A DNA stretch of 64,000 bases. It comes from Methanobacteriota archaeon. GTDB lineage: Archaea > Halobacteriota > Bog-38 > Methanoflorentales > Methanoflorentaceae. The notes below the pieces were generated by a model, which was given only the letters and a program-made list of their open reading frames with translations, did no database searches and had not been told where the DNA came from. Position numbers and translations under genes: made by a program. The stretch covers positions 416,001-480,000 of the forward strand of contig CAVRAO010000002.1 in NCBI GenBank assembly GCA_963719035.1, written 5' to 3'. This document shows, piece by piece, positions 32,450 to 43,389 of this stretch (within the stretch, counting starts at the first letter, position 1; the number at the start of each line of letters is the position of its first letter).

Positions 32450-33553
32450 TCAACTCTGTTTCTGTCGCAATGCGCGTTCCCACCCCACCTTCAAAATATT
32501 CACGTCAATCTTGAACGGCAGGCCCTGCAATGCCTGGATTTGCTCTGGTGACATTGGTGCTGGCAGATTCGGCGGAACCGCTTTAATTTTTGACACGGCA
32601 AACACGGATCCCCACACATCCATCATTTCTGAGCTTTCGATGAATGCTCCTTTAGCAACGCCCTCTTTGTAAGTCTCATCGCCGACGAACATATTCAAGT
32701 CAAACGGTTCATACAACTTCATATCAGCAGCGTAATTTTGAAATAGGTCCCACATCAGTTTCTCAACTTTACGCTCTGGATCGCGCACGTTCAAACCGAT
32801 GACCTTGCGCGCTTCACGCCTGTTAATGAAATGCGTGTGTGTGTAGAGTTTCTCGGTCATGATTTCAACGATCTGCGTAACTTTAGCCTCGTTTTTCTCA
32901 CCTTTCATATGGCTCTTGAGGAGATTAGTAGCCAACATGCGGATACGCGTATGCTGTCGATAGACGTTTCCAAGCGCGAGTGGATGCACTTGCTTCGAGA
33001 GCTCGTTAAAGACATCAATAATGTGATCTTGCTCGCTGATCTTCGCCGCTTCCCGAGCGAGAGAGATATAAGCAGTAACGTCTTCGACGCTAATTCCCAG
33101 CGGAATTGCTGGATTCAACGGATCGCGAGGATTAAATTGATTCGCCGTAGTGGGGTCGACTGAACTCAGTGTGCCACCAGTCCCCATCAGTATTTCGTCT
33201 GCTCCGAGACAAATAAGAGTTCCTGCACTATGGCAATGGTAGGGTACGAGCGCTGAGAACTTAGTAGCATACTCTCGAACAAAGTTGACTAGTGGCCACG
33301 GTACATCAGCATCTCCACCACGAGTATATATGAACAAATCTAAGTGATCTATCTCTCCCAAATGATCTAAGTGATCGTAAACGAAACGCAAATGCTCTTG
33401 CGAGACTTGGCTACTCATGCCGGGGATGTTAGCATTCGTAGGACGATCCCCGGTGACATAGCAAATAACCTCGCTCCCTCGCAACTCTTGCAGTTCTTTA
33501 ATGATGTCAAGTCGCTGCTTTGTTAGCTCCGAGGCCTCTGTGAGACTGCTCAT
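32450..33553 (-). CDS. ClpP-class serine protease (SDH_sah family)
   Basis: LDLFIYTRGGD, HSAGTLICLGADEILMG (catalytic Ser), SSVDP, LYTHTHFINRREA. Confidence 0.8.
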   Translation of the reverse strand: MSSLTEASELTKQRLDIIKELQELRGSEVICYVTGDRPTNANIPGMSSQVSQEHLRFVYDHLDHLGEIDHLDLFIYTRGGDADVPWPLVNFVREYATKFSALVPYHCHSAGTLICLGADEILMGTGGTLSSVDPTTANQFNPRDPLNPAIPLGISVEDVTAYISLAREAAKISEQDHIIDVFNELSKQVHPLALGNVYRQHTRIRMLATNLLKSHMKGEKNEAKVTQIVEIMTEKLYTHTHFINRREARKVIGLNVRDPERKVEKLMWDLFQNYAADMKLYEPFDLNMFVGDETYKEGVAKGAFIESSEMMDVWGSVFAVSKIKAVPPNLPAPMSPEQIQALQGLPFKIDVNILKVGWERALRQKQS

Positions 33554-33830
33554 GTTTCACCCTATCAAGAATGTCGTATATAAATCTGTCATCTTTACGA
33601 GCACAATTGCAACGACGACACTTAGCGAAGACAGATTGTTGCACGTTCGCTAGAAATCGGATTTTTGCTTTCCTCGCACATAAAGCGTTTCAAGTTGAGA
33701 CGTTTAAGTGAGTGTAATGTCTGAACATGTTTTTGAGATTGGCGTAAATGATGCTCCCGCGTCACAGCGAGAGAGAGAGTGCGCATAATCATTTTGGCCC
33801 CCTCAAAAGATATTGTGCTCACATGTTACT

Positions 33831-36644
33831 TCAATTATGCCAGAACCGACGTGTCCGCGTATAATGGCGCTCATTCCTCAAAATATCGCGGTAAAATCCT
33901 TCCTCATCCACGCGTGACTTCCGTATAACTCTAGAAGCTGCTTCAGGACCAAGTCCTCGAGAGGCTAACGCTATAACACCTTTTTTCCCGTGTGAAAGCA
34001 CTAGGTTGGCATTTCTATAAACGCGCTTTGTCCGCGCTTTATCTTCAGCCGTCTTAGCCTTTTCAGATTTTTTCACGATGACAACTTCTTCGTCTTCCCA
34101 CGGTTTTAGGGCGGCGATCAATTTTGAGTTACATAACGGACATTGTGGCTGTTCAGGCACGCTTGCTACGTTAATTTTTGATTTCCATTTCTTGCAAGTG
34201 AGACAAAAAAGGATAACCCGATCGTTTAAAATCCTATTTTTGAGCGCCATGAGGATTGATCTATCGGGGTTGTCGGTTACGAGTAGCTCGCGAGTGCCAT
34301 AATGGCGTTGCCTGCTGAGGGGGCTTAATTTCGATGTGACGACCTGTATTTTATTTTCCTGTATTTGTCTTAGCACGTCACTGGTGCGCTCAAAATCGAG
34401 CTTAGTGTTTGCTATGTCGTGTATAGCTTCCTCGTAAACGGGGGTATCTTTGAGCAATTCGGTCAGTTTATTGATATTTAGATACTTGTGTTCCACATCA
34501 CGCTCTATTACGCCAAACTTGCGGGCTACATGAACGAGCTTCCACTTCAACAGCATGCTGTTTTTTAACGTCATTTCAATCAATGGCTTAACAAACTCTG
34601 GTTTTAATTGTTGCACCAATGCAACAATCTGCTCAGCGCTCACAACATTAGGGAGCTCAAGCTGTATCCAATACGGATTGACCTCCATCGCAACACTCGC
34701 GCCCAAACGTGCAGCAAGCAATGAAGTGATGACCCGGCCTAACGTCTCGTTAATCTTATGACCAAAGCAAGCGTGAATGATTGCTGTTTTCGCGTCGACT
34801 TCAACAACAAGCCTTTTGTCAGTCGGAATCGCGAATTCTTTTTGGCGTTCAAATAGGTCAACGACACGTCGCACCGTATGGGGATCTGTGCGATAATCCT
34901 GCAGAAGACGACTGTTTGCAGCCTTGGAGGAAGCTTTGGCTATTTGCTCCCTAAGTTTCCCCACATCAGCAGCGACTTCGTAAGGCACAGGTATCTGCTC
35001 GCCCACCCAGCTCGGAATTTCACCTGTAGAGCGTTCTATAGGCTCAACTTTAACGCGCTCATCATCGATGTCTAAAATGCGCCACATCTCTCCTTTTGTA
35101 ACGAAAACGGCGCCAGGCTCAGCAAAAGCAACTACAAATGTCTCGTCAAGAGTTCCGATCCACTTCCCATCAATCGTGTCATAGATGCCATAAGTTTTTT
35201 CATCTGGGATCATGGAGAGGTTCTCGTAGCAATACCGTCGGGTTTTACCCATCTTTTTAATGATCGGTTCTCTTTCTTCACCCTCAACTTTTAACAGCCA
35301 TTGTTGCTGTAAGAGCTTCACCGTCTCAACGAACTCATCCAATGCCAAGTTTCGATACGGGTAGGCTTTTTTGATAATTCTTAAAGCCCTCCCAGCCGGT
35401 ACAGCCCCGTTCAAGATCAAGAAACACAACTGGTTTGCTAGAACGTCTAAAGCTTGATAATTAACTAAAACAGGCTCAATCTCGTTTTTTCGCGCTCGGC
35501 GCGTTATCACCCACGACTCCATAATATCATCAACGTGAGCGGTGATAATGGTGCCCTCTGATGTTTCTCCGATCCGATGTCCAGCGCGGCCGACACGCTG
35601 CAGCAGTCTCGTAACTTCGCGCGGTGAATTGTATTGAACGACGTGTTCGACGTCCCCTATGTCTATCCCTAGTTCCATTGACGAGGTACAGATTAAGCCC
35701 TTTTTTTTGCCGGCCTTAAACTCGTTCTCTGCCTCTATGCGTGCCTCCTTCGAAAGAGATCCGTGATGAACACCGACGTCAGTACCACGAAAAAGAGAAC
35801 CGAGCGCCTCAGCTGCTTGTCGTGTGTTAACAAATATAAGTGTGGATTTGTGGTCGTCCACAATGTTGCGAAGAACGCGAAAATGACTTGCGAGTTCCAG
35901 CGCAATTTCCCTTGATTTGGCCACAGCTTCATCTGCTCTAGTGATCTCGGGTTTTGTAACGACAAAATTCGACGTTCTTGCAGCAGGAGCCTCGAGAACT
36001 GAGACTGCCCTTCCATTTCCGACAAGAAAGTGGCCCATCTCCTGTGGACTTCCAACGGTAGCAGAAAGCCCTATCCTTTGAAACTCTCCGACTAAGTCTG
36101 CCAAGCGCTCAAGGCCTAAACTCAGCTGGGCTCCGCGTTTAGAACTCGCAAGGTCGTGGATTTCGTCAATAACAACGAACTTGACGGATTGTAAATTCTC
36201 TCGCAGCCGTCGACCCATGAGCATTGCTTGTAGCGTTTCAGGGGTCGTAATTAGCAGGTCAGGCGGGGCGAGAGTCTGTCGCCGCCTCTCAGATTTGGAC
36301 GTATCACCATGTCGAACGGCGATCGAGAACCCTAACTTCTCGCTCCACCAATCAAGCCTCGCCAGCATGTCCCTATTCAGCGCTCGAAGTGGGGTGATAT
36401 ACAGAATAATTATTCCCTTTCGCTGTTGGACTTCGAGCAGCTTGCTGAACACCGGGAGCATCGCTGCTTCTGTCTTACCTGTTCCCGTTGGGGCGATGAG
36501 AAGGACGTTTTTCTCCTCGAGCACGCTTGGAATTGCCAAGCGCTGCACTTCTGAAAGCGGACCAAATCGGCTGACAAATGCATCCTTCACGTGGGGATGG
36601 AGTGAGTCAACTATAGATTTTTCGAGGCTTTTGCTAGCGACCAT
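33831..36644 (-). CDS. lhr: Lhr-family SF2 helicase
   Basis: APTGTGKT, DEIH, GLSAT, TSSMELGIDIG, QRVGRAGH, C-terminal Cys4 zinc motif. Confidence 0.92.
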   Translation of the reverse strand: MVASKSLEKSIVDSLHPHVKDAFVSRFGPLSEVQRLAIPSVLEEKNVLLIAPTGTGKTEAAMLPVFSKLLEVQQRKGIIILYITPLRALNRDMLARLDWWSEKLGFSIAVRHGDTSKSERRRQTLAPPDLLITTPETLQAMLMGRRLRENLQSVKFVVIDEIHDLASSKRGAQLSLGLERLADLVGEFQRIGLSATVGSPQEMGHFLVGNGRAVSVLEAPAARTSNFVVTKPEITRADEAVAKSREIALELASHFRVLRNIVDDHKSTLIFVNTRQAAEALGSLFRGTDVGVHHGSLSKEARIEAENEFKAGKKKGLICTSSMELGIDIGDVEHVVQYNSPREVTRLLQRVGRAGHRIGETSEGTIITAHVDDIMESWVITRRARKNEIEPVLVNYQALDVLANQLCFLILNGAVPAGRALRIIKKAYPYRNLALDEFVETVKLLQQQWLLKVEGEEREPIIKKMGKTRRYCYENLSMIPDEKTYGIYDTIDGKWIGTLDETFVVAFAEPGAVFVTKGEMWRILDIDDERVKVEPIERSTGEIPSWVGEQIPVPYEVAADVGKLREQIAKASSKAANSRLLQDYRTDPHTVRRVVDLFERQKEFAIPTDKRLVVEVDAKTAIIHACFGHKINETLGRVITSLLAARLGASVAMEVNPYWIQLELPNVVSAEQIVALVQQLKPEFVKPLIEMTLKNSMLLKWKLVHVARKFGVIERDVEHKYLNINKLTELLKDTPVYEEAIHDIANTKLDFERTSDVLRQIQENKIQVVTSKLSPLSRQRHYGTRELLVTDNPDRSILMALKNRILNDRVILFCLTCKKWKSKINVASVPEQPQCPLCNSKLIAALKPWEDEEVVIVKKSEKAKTAEDKARTKRVYRNANLVLSHGKKGVIALASRGLGPEAASRVIRKSRVDEEGFYRDILRNERHYTRTRRFWHN

Positions 36645-36841
36645 CGGTAACGTTCAACGGGAAGCTTCCGCTTCGCATACCTTTACGACACTCATCACTC
36701 ACGAACAAAGGATTATTCGACTAGAGCGACAATCTCCGCTCTTCGACATGGCTCCATAATCTGATCCAAAAAAAGAAAAGGAATCCCCAATTTGCCTTAA
36801 AAGCAAGTTGGGGTTGATAGACTTTTGACCTGTTCTCTCAA

Positions 36842-37894
36842 CTAACAGCGTCCCGCGAACGATGGGATAACATCCTTTCCGCAAATATTTATTGCCGCTT
36901 CAACGTCCGGACCTGTGGGGCTGCCAATTATAACCTGCGTCACTCCAGTGTCGAGCAACGCTTCGATCTTCTTGTTGCAGGTATCTGCGTCGCCCGCTAT
37001 GACGAATGCGTCGATCATGTTGTCATCCACTAACGGCCCGACATCACCCCACTTACCAGCGCCGATAGCGTCAGCGATGGCTTTAGCCGTTGCGAGTGGA
37101 ATACCGTGTCGCTCGAGCACAGGCGGCGGAGAGCCCATCGTAATAAACGCAGCAACCATTTTGGCTGATTTGCGTGCCTTCGCCAAATCAGGCCCGATAG
37201 AAAACGCCGTGTATGCACCCACGTCGAAGTCGCTCATAGACCTTCCACTCGATCCAACTCCCTCTTGGATGTGTGGCATCGCCGCTACGTAGTCTTTCTC
37301 ATTGGACGCGTTGATAAGCACTCCGTCAGCAATTTCTCCAGCAGTTTTAAGCATGCCAGGACCTTGCGCGCCCATGTAAAAGGGCACCTTGTCCTTCTGC
37401 GGGCCAGTAAAGTCAAGCTTTGCACCCGTAACTTTTACTGTCTCACCAGCAAAATCAACGCTTTCACCGGCCAGCAGCTTGTAGACGACTTCTTTGGCCT
37501 CTTTAATTGCACTCAGGGGCTTCTTGATGCTCCAGTCGCCGCTCCAGATTGCGGGCGCTGGGAATCCAAATCCCATACGGTCAAACGTCGCCTTGTCGCC
37601 AGGACCCATGCCTAGATTGACACGCCCACCTGATATTTCATCAATTGTAGCTATCGCGTTCGCAGTCAGCAAGGCATTTCGCGTGAAGGGATTCGTAATG
37701 CCCGTACCGGGGCGTATAGTCGATGTCTTCAGTGATATGAGTGTGAGCATTGGATAGACATTTCGGTTGTTATAGTGGTCAGTAATCCACGCGTACTTAA
37801 AGCCGTTGTCTTCCGCTAACTTTACCCTATCCGCACACTGATTCGGCGGCATATTAGGGACAAACTCTATGCCAAAATTTATTTCCTTAGCCAT
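36842..37894 (-). CDS. mer: F420-dependent methylene-H4MPT reductase
   Basis: FGIEFVPN, WITDHYNNR, GPGDKATF, YMGAQGP, ADGVLINAS, GVTQVIIGSP. Confidence 0.95.
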   Translation of the reverse strand: MAKEINFGIEFVPNMPPNQCADRVKLAEDNGFKYAWITDHYNNRNVYPMLTLISLKTSTIRPGTGITNPFTRNALLTANAIATIDEISGGRVNLGMGPGDKATFDRMGFGFPAPAIWSGDWSIKKPLSAIKEAKEVVYKLLAGESVDFAGETVKVTGAKLDFTGPQKDKVPFYMGAQGPGMLKTAGEIADGVLINASNEKDYVAAMPHIQEGVGSSGRSMSDFDVGAYTAFSIGPDLAKARKSAKMVAAFITMGSPPPVLERHGIPLATAKAIADAIGAGKWGDVGPLVDDNMIDAFVIAGDADTCNKKIEALLDTGVTQVIIGSPTGPDVEAAINICGKDVIPSFAGRC

Positions 37895-38326
37895 TTTTTC
37901 ACAACCATTACTTGGTTTATGTAACCCTCGAATATGTCAAAAAGGAAGTACGAGAGGTTATCTTCAAATTCTTTTTCCTCAATATTAATATATCGGTCTT
38001 TAAAAACACGGTGTTTTTCGCAATAAAAATAGGAATTCTGATTTCGCAAGCTAGGAGCCGCTGCAACTTATTTAAGGGGGTTAGACCACACCAATTGTTT
38101 TCACGATAAACAACGAAGAACATACGATACGCGCGTCGCTCCGCGTGTAAAAACAGAAATAACAGGTGATTATCGCCTCAGAAAAGAATACAGAACACCC
38201 TACGAGAAAAGTGCGGCTAAATCCATCTTAATCTTTATTTATAATCTGAATCTTAAATAGATTCCAAAGAAAAGAACGCCGAGAAGCTAAAGAACTGAAC
38301 ACGTTTTTTGTGGAGTCCGAACGCCA

Positions 38327-39242
38327 TTACATTGAAGGAACTCCGAAAAACTGGATAAGATACGTTCCCGCAAAGATCGCAATAAGTCCGAGCACTTTCA
38401 AGGCGACATCCATCTTTGTGAGTTCCTCCCTGAGCACCCGGGGAAATCGATAGGACAGAATCGTTGCGAATAACAACACGAAGAGCGGCTGTGTCGCGCC
38501 GACGGAGCTTATCAGTGTTATGGGGCCGTGCGCAATCGCATAGTTGTAGGCAAATACGGCGACGTATGCTACTGCCTGTTCAGCGACGATTATAACGCCA
38601 ATTTGCCTGCTTGTTATCTTATATGTCGTGATAAGTGAACTCCTAAAGGGCTTAAATGGGATAAACTGAAAGAAGGTTATGAACCCTGCGATTTGCACCC
38701 AAATGAAGATAGTATAAAAGTCCTGCACCGAAAACAAGTATTTCAAAGCGACGCTGTACAACGCCAATAAGAACGATGCGAGGATCATCAGATAAAAAGC
38801 TAGTGAGATGCGAATTCCCTTAGTTAGTCTAATGGCGAACAGCGTCCCTCCAAGAACTAACAGCCCGAATGCGACGTAATCCTGTGGTCTAAGTGCTTCG
38901 TGCAGAACCACGCTCGAGAGGATCAACACGAATACGGGAGTCAGCTGAAGAAGGGGGATAACTCGCGACACCTCTTCAACCATGAGTGCCTTGAAATAAG
39001 GCAAGGTGTAGTAGATGCGGACGAAGCCGACAAGAATTGTAAACGCGAGTATTCCTAGCGGTAACGGTGTTAAATGAAAGAAGGCAAGTGTTACTAGCGG
39101 CATGAGGCTTGTGGCACTTATTACTAACACATAGACTAGCGGTGGTATTTTGTAGTCGGAAATCAGGATCTTATCAATGATGTTTACGCCAGAAATGAGT
39201 ACCTGACGACAGCAATGCAAAATAGAACCACTCTACTGCCAT
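38327..39242 (-). CDS. EamA/DMT family transporter; +1 indel near 39203
   Basis: About 10 TM helices, EEVSRVIPL, QPLFVLL. ATG at 39242 after GGG/CC-rich leader gives MAVEWFYFALLSSVLISG if one base next to GTAC is removed. Confidence 0.85.
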
Positions 39243-39397
39243 AAGGGGGGGCCTGTAGCCTCGTGTTAGCTTTTAAGCTACTTACAGTTTGCGAGTTTCC
39301 TTCCGCTTAGCCGTCTGCAAAGAATGGCAGCCGGAGCATATTTAGCGTGAAACACCGAGAATATAGTTTGGTAGAAGCTCGTTAGATCAGCGCGAGT

Positions 39398-40258
39398 TTA
39401 TTTTTCGCTCCGACGAGTCCTTCTTGATTTGCCGCTTTCTCGCGCGAGGTTTCTCAGTTGCCCTACAGTTCCCAGATATGTGCCGTCCAGCATGTAGACT
39501 TCCGCTTGTTTGAGCAATATCGCGCGATTGGCAAAAAGTGGCCCTAGCAGGGTTTCATAAGTGGCTTCGTTGAAAGCGATTCCCCCAACAAGCTCATTAA
39601 AAGCGGGCATAATGATGACACGCGGGTCGTTATAGCGTTCGAGTTTTGGATATCGTTTTCGAAAAACGCCCTCAACAAAGCAGGCCCGAATCCAAACCGG
39701 CTTCGAACTTACATAGCCCAGCGGGTCAGCAAGGCGAACGATTGGATGGTTGTGCCCCATAATAACATGACTACAACCTAAGAGCTCTGTGGAAGGCCAC
39801 GTGTGGCCGTGTACTAGGCCCATATCGTTGATTCTACACCCTTTTGATGGATGGATTCTGATTCCGAACCGTGTGTCGCGAGGAATCAAATATTCGATGC
39901 CCCCGTCATGATTACCTGGAAGTACGTCCACGGGAACGCACTCAGCTATCGATCGCAGAAAATACGGGACGTCGTGTCGCTCCAACGGCGAGGTTTTTGA
40001 GATGCAATGCTTTATATCTCCCAGAAGCACAACACGTCGCGCTTTGACCTTGCTCAAAAACCGTAAGACCCGTTCAATGCGTCGCTCTATTTGTGATGGA
40101 ATATGTATACCGCTTAGCGATAGCTCATGCTCAATTCCGATATGCAGATCAGCCAACACGAGCGCATCGCCAACGGTCAGCGCAGGTTCATTAACAACAG
40201 GCTGCGGTTCAGCAAAGCCAATCCGATTGCTGCGTCCAAATCCATCGTTTTGCTCCAT
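39398..40258 (-). CDS. Calcineurin-like metallophosphoesterase (Lhr-associated type)
   Basis: ADLHIG, LGDIKH, PGNHD, HGH, GHNHP, MPAFN. Confidence 0.9.
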   Translation of the reverse strand: MEQNDGFGRSNRIGFAEPQPVVNEPALTVGDALVLADLHIGIEHELSLSGIHIPSQIERRIERVLRFLSKVKARRVVLLGDIKHCISKTSPLERHDVPYFLRSIAECVPVDVLPGNHDGGIEYLIPRDTRFGIRIHPSKGCRINDMGLVHGHTWPSTELLGCSHVIMGHNHPIVRLADPLGYVSSKPVWIRACFVEGVFRKRYPKLERYNDPRVIIMPAFNELVGGIAFNEATYETLLGPLFANRAILLKQAEVYMLDGTYLGTVGQLRNLARESGKSRRTRRSEK

Positions 40259-40388
40259 CTTCGCTCAAAATGCTTTCCTTGGTAACTTCAAAAAAGAAGT
40301 GGTGTCCTAGCTCCGGGAACAAAATAAGTGCGCGACAAACAACTGAATTTAGCGTGATGACCGAAAGAATGTCCAACCAATCTGCGTC

Positions 40389-40790
40389 CTAACGCTGAAA
40401 CGAGGTGCGAACTAGCATGCTCGTTTGGCCATTATTCATTCCGACCGCGACCCACACTATGTCTTGTCCCTTCGCGAACGTGATCAAACCCCCGGTTTCA
40501 TTAGTGCTCGTGAAGCTTACGTTGTAGCCTCTTTCTTGCATTTGAGATTTATAGAACTCTAGAACCTGTGTCGGAGTATCGTTCGTTTGGTAGGTTATGA
40601 TTTGCCCAGCGAACGGAAAACTCGAGTACGACGTTCTGTTCGCGTTGGGAAATTCGGGCACGTTAAGTGGCTCTTTGCCGGGTTGCGTAACATTTTCTAT
40701 TTTGACGGTGCAGCCGGAGCACGCCAGAGCCAAGCCTGCGACAATGAGAACTATCAGAACGGCCTTCAAAAAATTCATTAGCACCCCCAT
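40389..40790 (-). CDS. Putative lipoprotein
   Basis: Hydrophobic signal with lipobox-like CSGC; YQTNDTPTQVLEFYKSQM..GY motif. Confidence 0.65.
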   Translation of the reverse strand: MGVLMNFLKAVLIVLIVAGLALACSGCTVKIENVTQPGKEPLNVPEFPNANRTSYSSFPFAGQIITYQTNDTPTQVLEFYKSQMQERGYNVSFTSTNETGGLITFAKGQDIVWVAVGMNNGQTSMLVRTSFQR

Positions 40791-40967
40791 TGCTCAGGTT
40801 TGAAATAAATCTTGTGGTGGATGTTTGGTTTGCCCAGTTAACTGGCGCTCGTTTCTCAAAATTGCGTAACTCTGCTCAAAGCGCCTTATGAAGCGACTTA
40901 TTCTGCAGGTCAACGTATATCGATAAGTTTTACGTTATCGGTGCGTATATAGTGCGAGGTTAATCAC

Positions 40968-41249
40968 ATGTTATCAACCATTCCTATAGATTTGAATGAG
41001 ATTGACAAAAAAAATATTGATAAAGAAATCTTGCGAGCAGGCATCATTGCAGAGCTTGATGCTGTTAATCTGTACGAACAGATGGCCGCTATGACAAAAA
41101 ACGCAGCGATACTAGCTACTCTGTTGGACATTGCTAAGGAAGAAAAAACCCACGTGGGCGAATTCCAAGCGCTTCTCTTACAGCTAGATCAAGAACAGGC
41201 CGATGAGCTAGAGCATGGAAAAAGAGAAGTGGAGGAGTTGGCAGAATAA
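40968..41249 (+). CDS. Short ferritin-like / rubrerythrin-family protein
   Basis: LRAGIIAELDAVNLYEQ...DIAKEEKTHVGEF di-iron motif. Confidence 0.88.
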   Translation: MLSTIPIDLNEIDKKNIDKEILRAGIIAELDAVNLYEQMAAMTKNAAILATLLDIAKEEKTHVGEFQALLLQLDQEQADELEHGKREVEELAE

Positions 41250-41373
41250 GAGCTTGGATAAAAATAGTTGCTAAACCCTACAGTAGTTAAGCGAGAACAG
41301 AAGAGACGAACACTAAGCGAAAGCTGCAAAAAAATAATTCAAAAAAAAGGCGGCTTAGGCAAAACCTTCAGAT

Positions 41374-41667
41374 TTGCTGATGTCGTACAAAACGGCAAGA
41401 ATGATCGATGGCAATCTAGCTGCATTGGTAGCTCTTCCTATTTTAGCAGCATTTTTGATCATATATTTGCTGAGAATAGACGACAACGTCGGGCATCTTT
41501 TTATGCTAATGGGTGGTGGTTTATGCGCCATAGCGCTGCTCCCATATGTGTTCAACACGCCAAGTGACATCACCACCGTACTTCTCATTCTTGGCCTCGG
41601 ATGCATAGCATGGGGTCTGACTTTGAGGAAAAAGAGATTCAGACCGCAAAAAAAACGCGCTTGGTAA
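41374..41667 (+). CDS. Small membrane protein
   Basis: Three hydrophobic segments and a basic tail. Confidence 0.5.
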   Translation: MLMSYKTARMIDGNLAALVALPILAAFLIIYLLRIDDNVGHLFMLMGGGLCAIALLPYVFNTPSDITTVLLILGLGCIAWGLTLRKKRFRPQKKRAW

Positions 41668-42006
41668 CTATGGGTCCTTGCTTAAATGCTCTTTGCTTAT
41701 AGCCTTCTCCTCAAACCGTGCTGGCGTCTTGAGTGCAACGCTAGCGAAGCTGAGATCATATCGTTTCAACACTCAAAGTTCAAGCATAGCTGCTTAGCAT
41801 TTTTGGTGGGAGTCAGCTTCACAACTTGATGTGAATCGTCGTTTTGAGTGAGAACGTAGCAGGACTTCTATAGCACCCAAATCCTGAGACTTTGAAAAAC
41901 AAATCAAGTAAGCTTTATAGCGCTGCTTGCAAATATTACATGAGGGCCATTTAGTTCGTATCATTGCGTTATTATTTTAGATCAATTCTTCAGAGTGGAT
42001 ATTTGA

Positions 42007-43380
42007 ATGGAGCAACTCTTAAAACGTGCACGAGAGTGTGCGCATGCGCTTGAAAAGCAAGACGAAGTATTAATCGTCTCTCACGTCGACGCAGATGGAC
42101 TTGCGTCTGCTGGAATAATATGCCGTGCGCTTGACAGAATTGAAAAAGGTTACGAAGTTAAAATCGTTAAGAAACTAGACCCTTCAGTTTTCCAGGATGT
42201 CTCAAGCGCAGAAGCCGTGATATTCACTGACCTAGGAAGCGGAAGCCTCGATTTGATAGACGATCTCGGGCCCCTGTGCGTAATTGCAGATCACCACCAG
42301 CCAGCAGGCAGATCTGACACGGCGCTGCACTTGAATCCGCATCTATTCGGTTTTAATGGGGCTACCGACTTGAGCGGATCCGGGGCCACATATTTGATTG
42401 CTAGGGCCCTTGGAGAGAACGCTGACCTTTCAGATTTAGCTGTAGTCGGTGCCGTCGGGGACCTCCAGCACGTGAGAGAAGGGCGACTTCGAGGAGTGAA
42501 CAGACTTATCCTCGACGAAGCTGAAAAATACGCTACAGTCGCAGTCGAAAAGGATTTGCAGGCTTTTGGCAAACAAACGCGACCCATTCATAAGCTCCTT
42601 GAATATGCATCAAATCCATATATACCCGGGATCACCGGAAACAGCGAACAAATTTTGGGATTCTTGACTTCTTTAAACATTGAGCTTCAAGAAGAAGGCA
42701 AATGGAAGAAGTGGATCGATCTCAGCAGCGTCGAAAGGCGCACAATAATATCTGCCCTCATCCAACGATGCTTAGCGCAAGGTATGCCCCCTGAAACAAT
42801 CCAGAACCTCGTTGGCGAAGTCTATACTCTGTTAAAAGAAGAACGCGGGACCGCCCTTCGAGATGCGTCGGAGTATGCCACACTGCTCAACGCTACTGCA
42901 CGATATGGCTTCGAAAAGATCGGTATTGCCGTTTGCATGGGTGATCGAGAAGGTAGTTACCGGAAATCCAACGAACTTCTGTTGATGCACCGAGAGAACT
43001 TAGTACGAGGCCTCAACTACGTTAGACAGTCAGGCGTGACAACGCTTTCGAACTTGCAGTACTTCCACGCAGGAGACAATATACTCGAAACGATTGTTGG
43101 GATCGTTGCTGGAATGTGTAAGAACTTAGATGGCGTAAATATGCACCTGCCAATCGTCGGTTTGGCAAACTCTGACGAGGGAGTGAAAGTGTCTGCTCGA
43201 GGAACCCAAACTCTTGTTCGGCGCCGTTTGAACTTGGCAAGAGCTATGAGTGAAGCTGCTAACTCAGTTGGAGGGGTGGGAGGTGGCCATGATATCGCCG
43301 CTGGAGCAACGATTCCCGAAGGGACTGAAACAGAGTTCCTCAAGCATCTGAACCAATTGGTTGGACTGCAGCTTTCGTAA
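42007..43380 (+). CDS. recJ: RecJ/Cdc45-like DHH phosphoesterase
   Basis: SHVDADG, DLGSG, ADHH, GAVGD, LLNATARY, GGGHDIAAGA (DHHA1). Confidence 0.9.
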   Translation: MEQLLKRARECAHALEKQDEVLIVSHVDADGLASAGIICRALDRIEKGYEVKIVKKLDPSVFQDVSSAEAVIFTDLGSGSLDLIDDLGPLCVIADHHQPAGRSDTALHLNPHLFGFNGATDLSGSGATYLIARALGENADLSDLAVVGAVGDLQHVREGRLRGVNRLILDEAEKYATVAVEKDLQAFGKQTRPIHKLLEYASNPYIPGITGNSEQILGFLTSLNIELQEEGKWKKWIDLSSVERRTIISALIQRCLAQGMPPETIQNLVGEVYTLLKEERGTALRDASEYATLLNATARYGFEKIGIAVCMGDREGSYRKSNELLLMHRENLVRGLNYVRQSGVTTLSNLQYFHAGDNILETIVGIVAGMCKNLDGVNMHLPIVGLANSDEGVKVSARGTQTLVRRRLNLARAMSEAANSVGGVGGGHDIAAGATIPEGTETEFLKHLNQLVGLQLS

Positions 43381-43389
43381 CGCATTTAC
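43318..43389 (+). repeat. Left 72-bp direct repeat (attL-like)
   Basis: GAAGGGACTG...CGTAACGCATTTAC is identical to 46393-46464 and comprises the last 63 nt of recJ plus 9 nt. Confidence 0.95.

Noticed and set aside
40968-41249. Encapsulin system
   Set aside because: The ferritin-like protein has no recognisable targeting peptide and no shell gene is adjacent.
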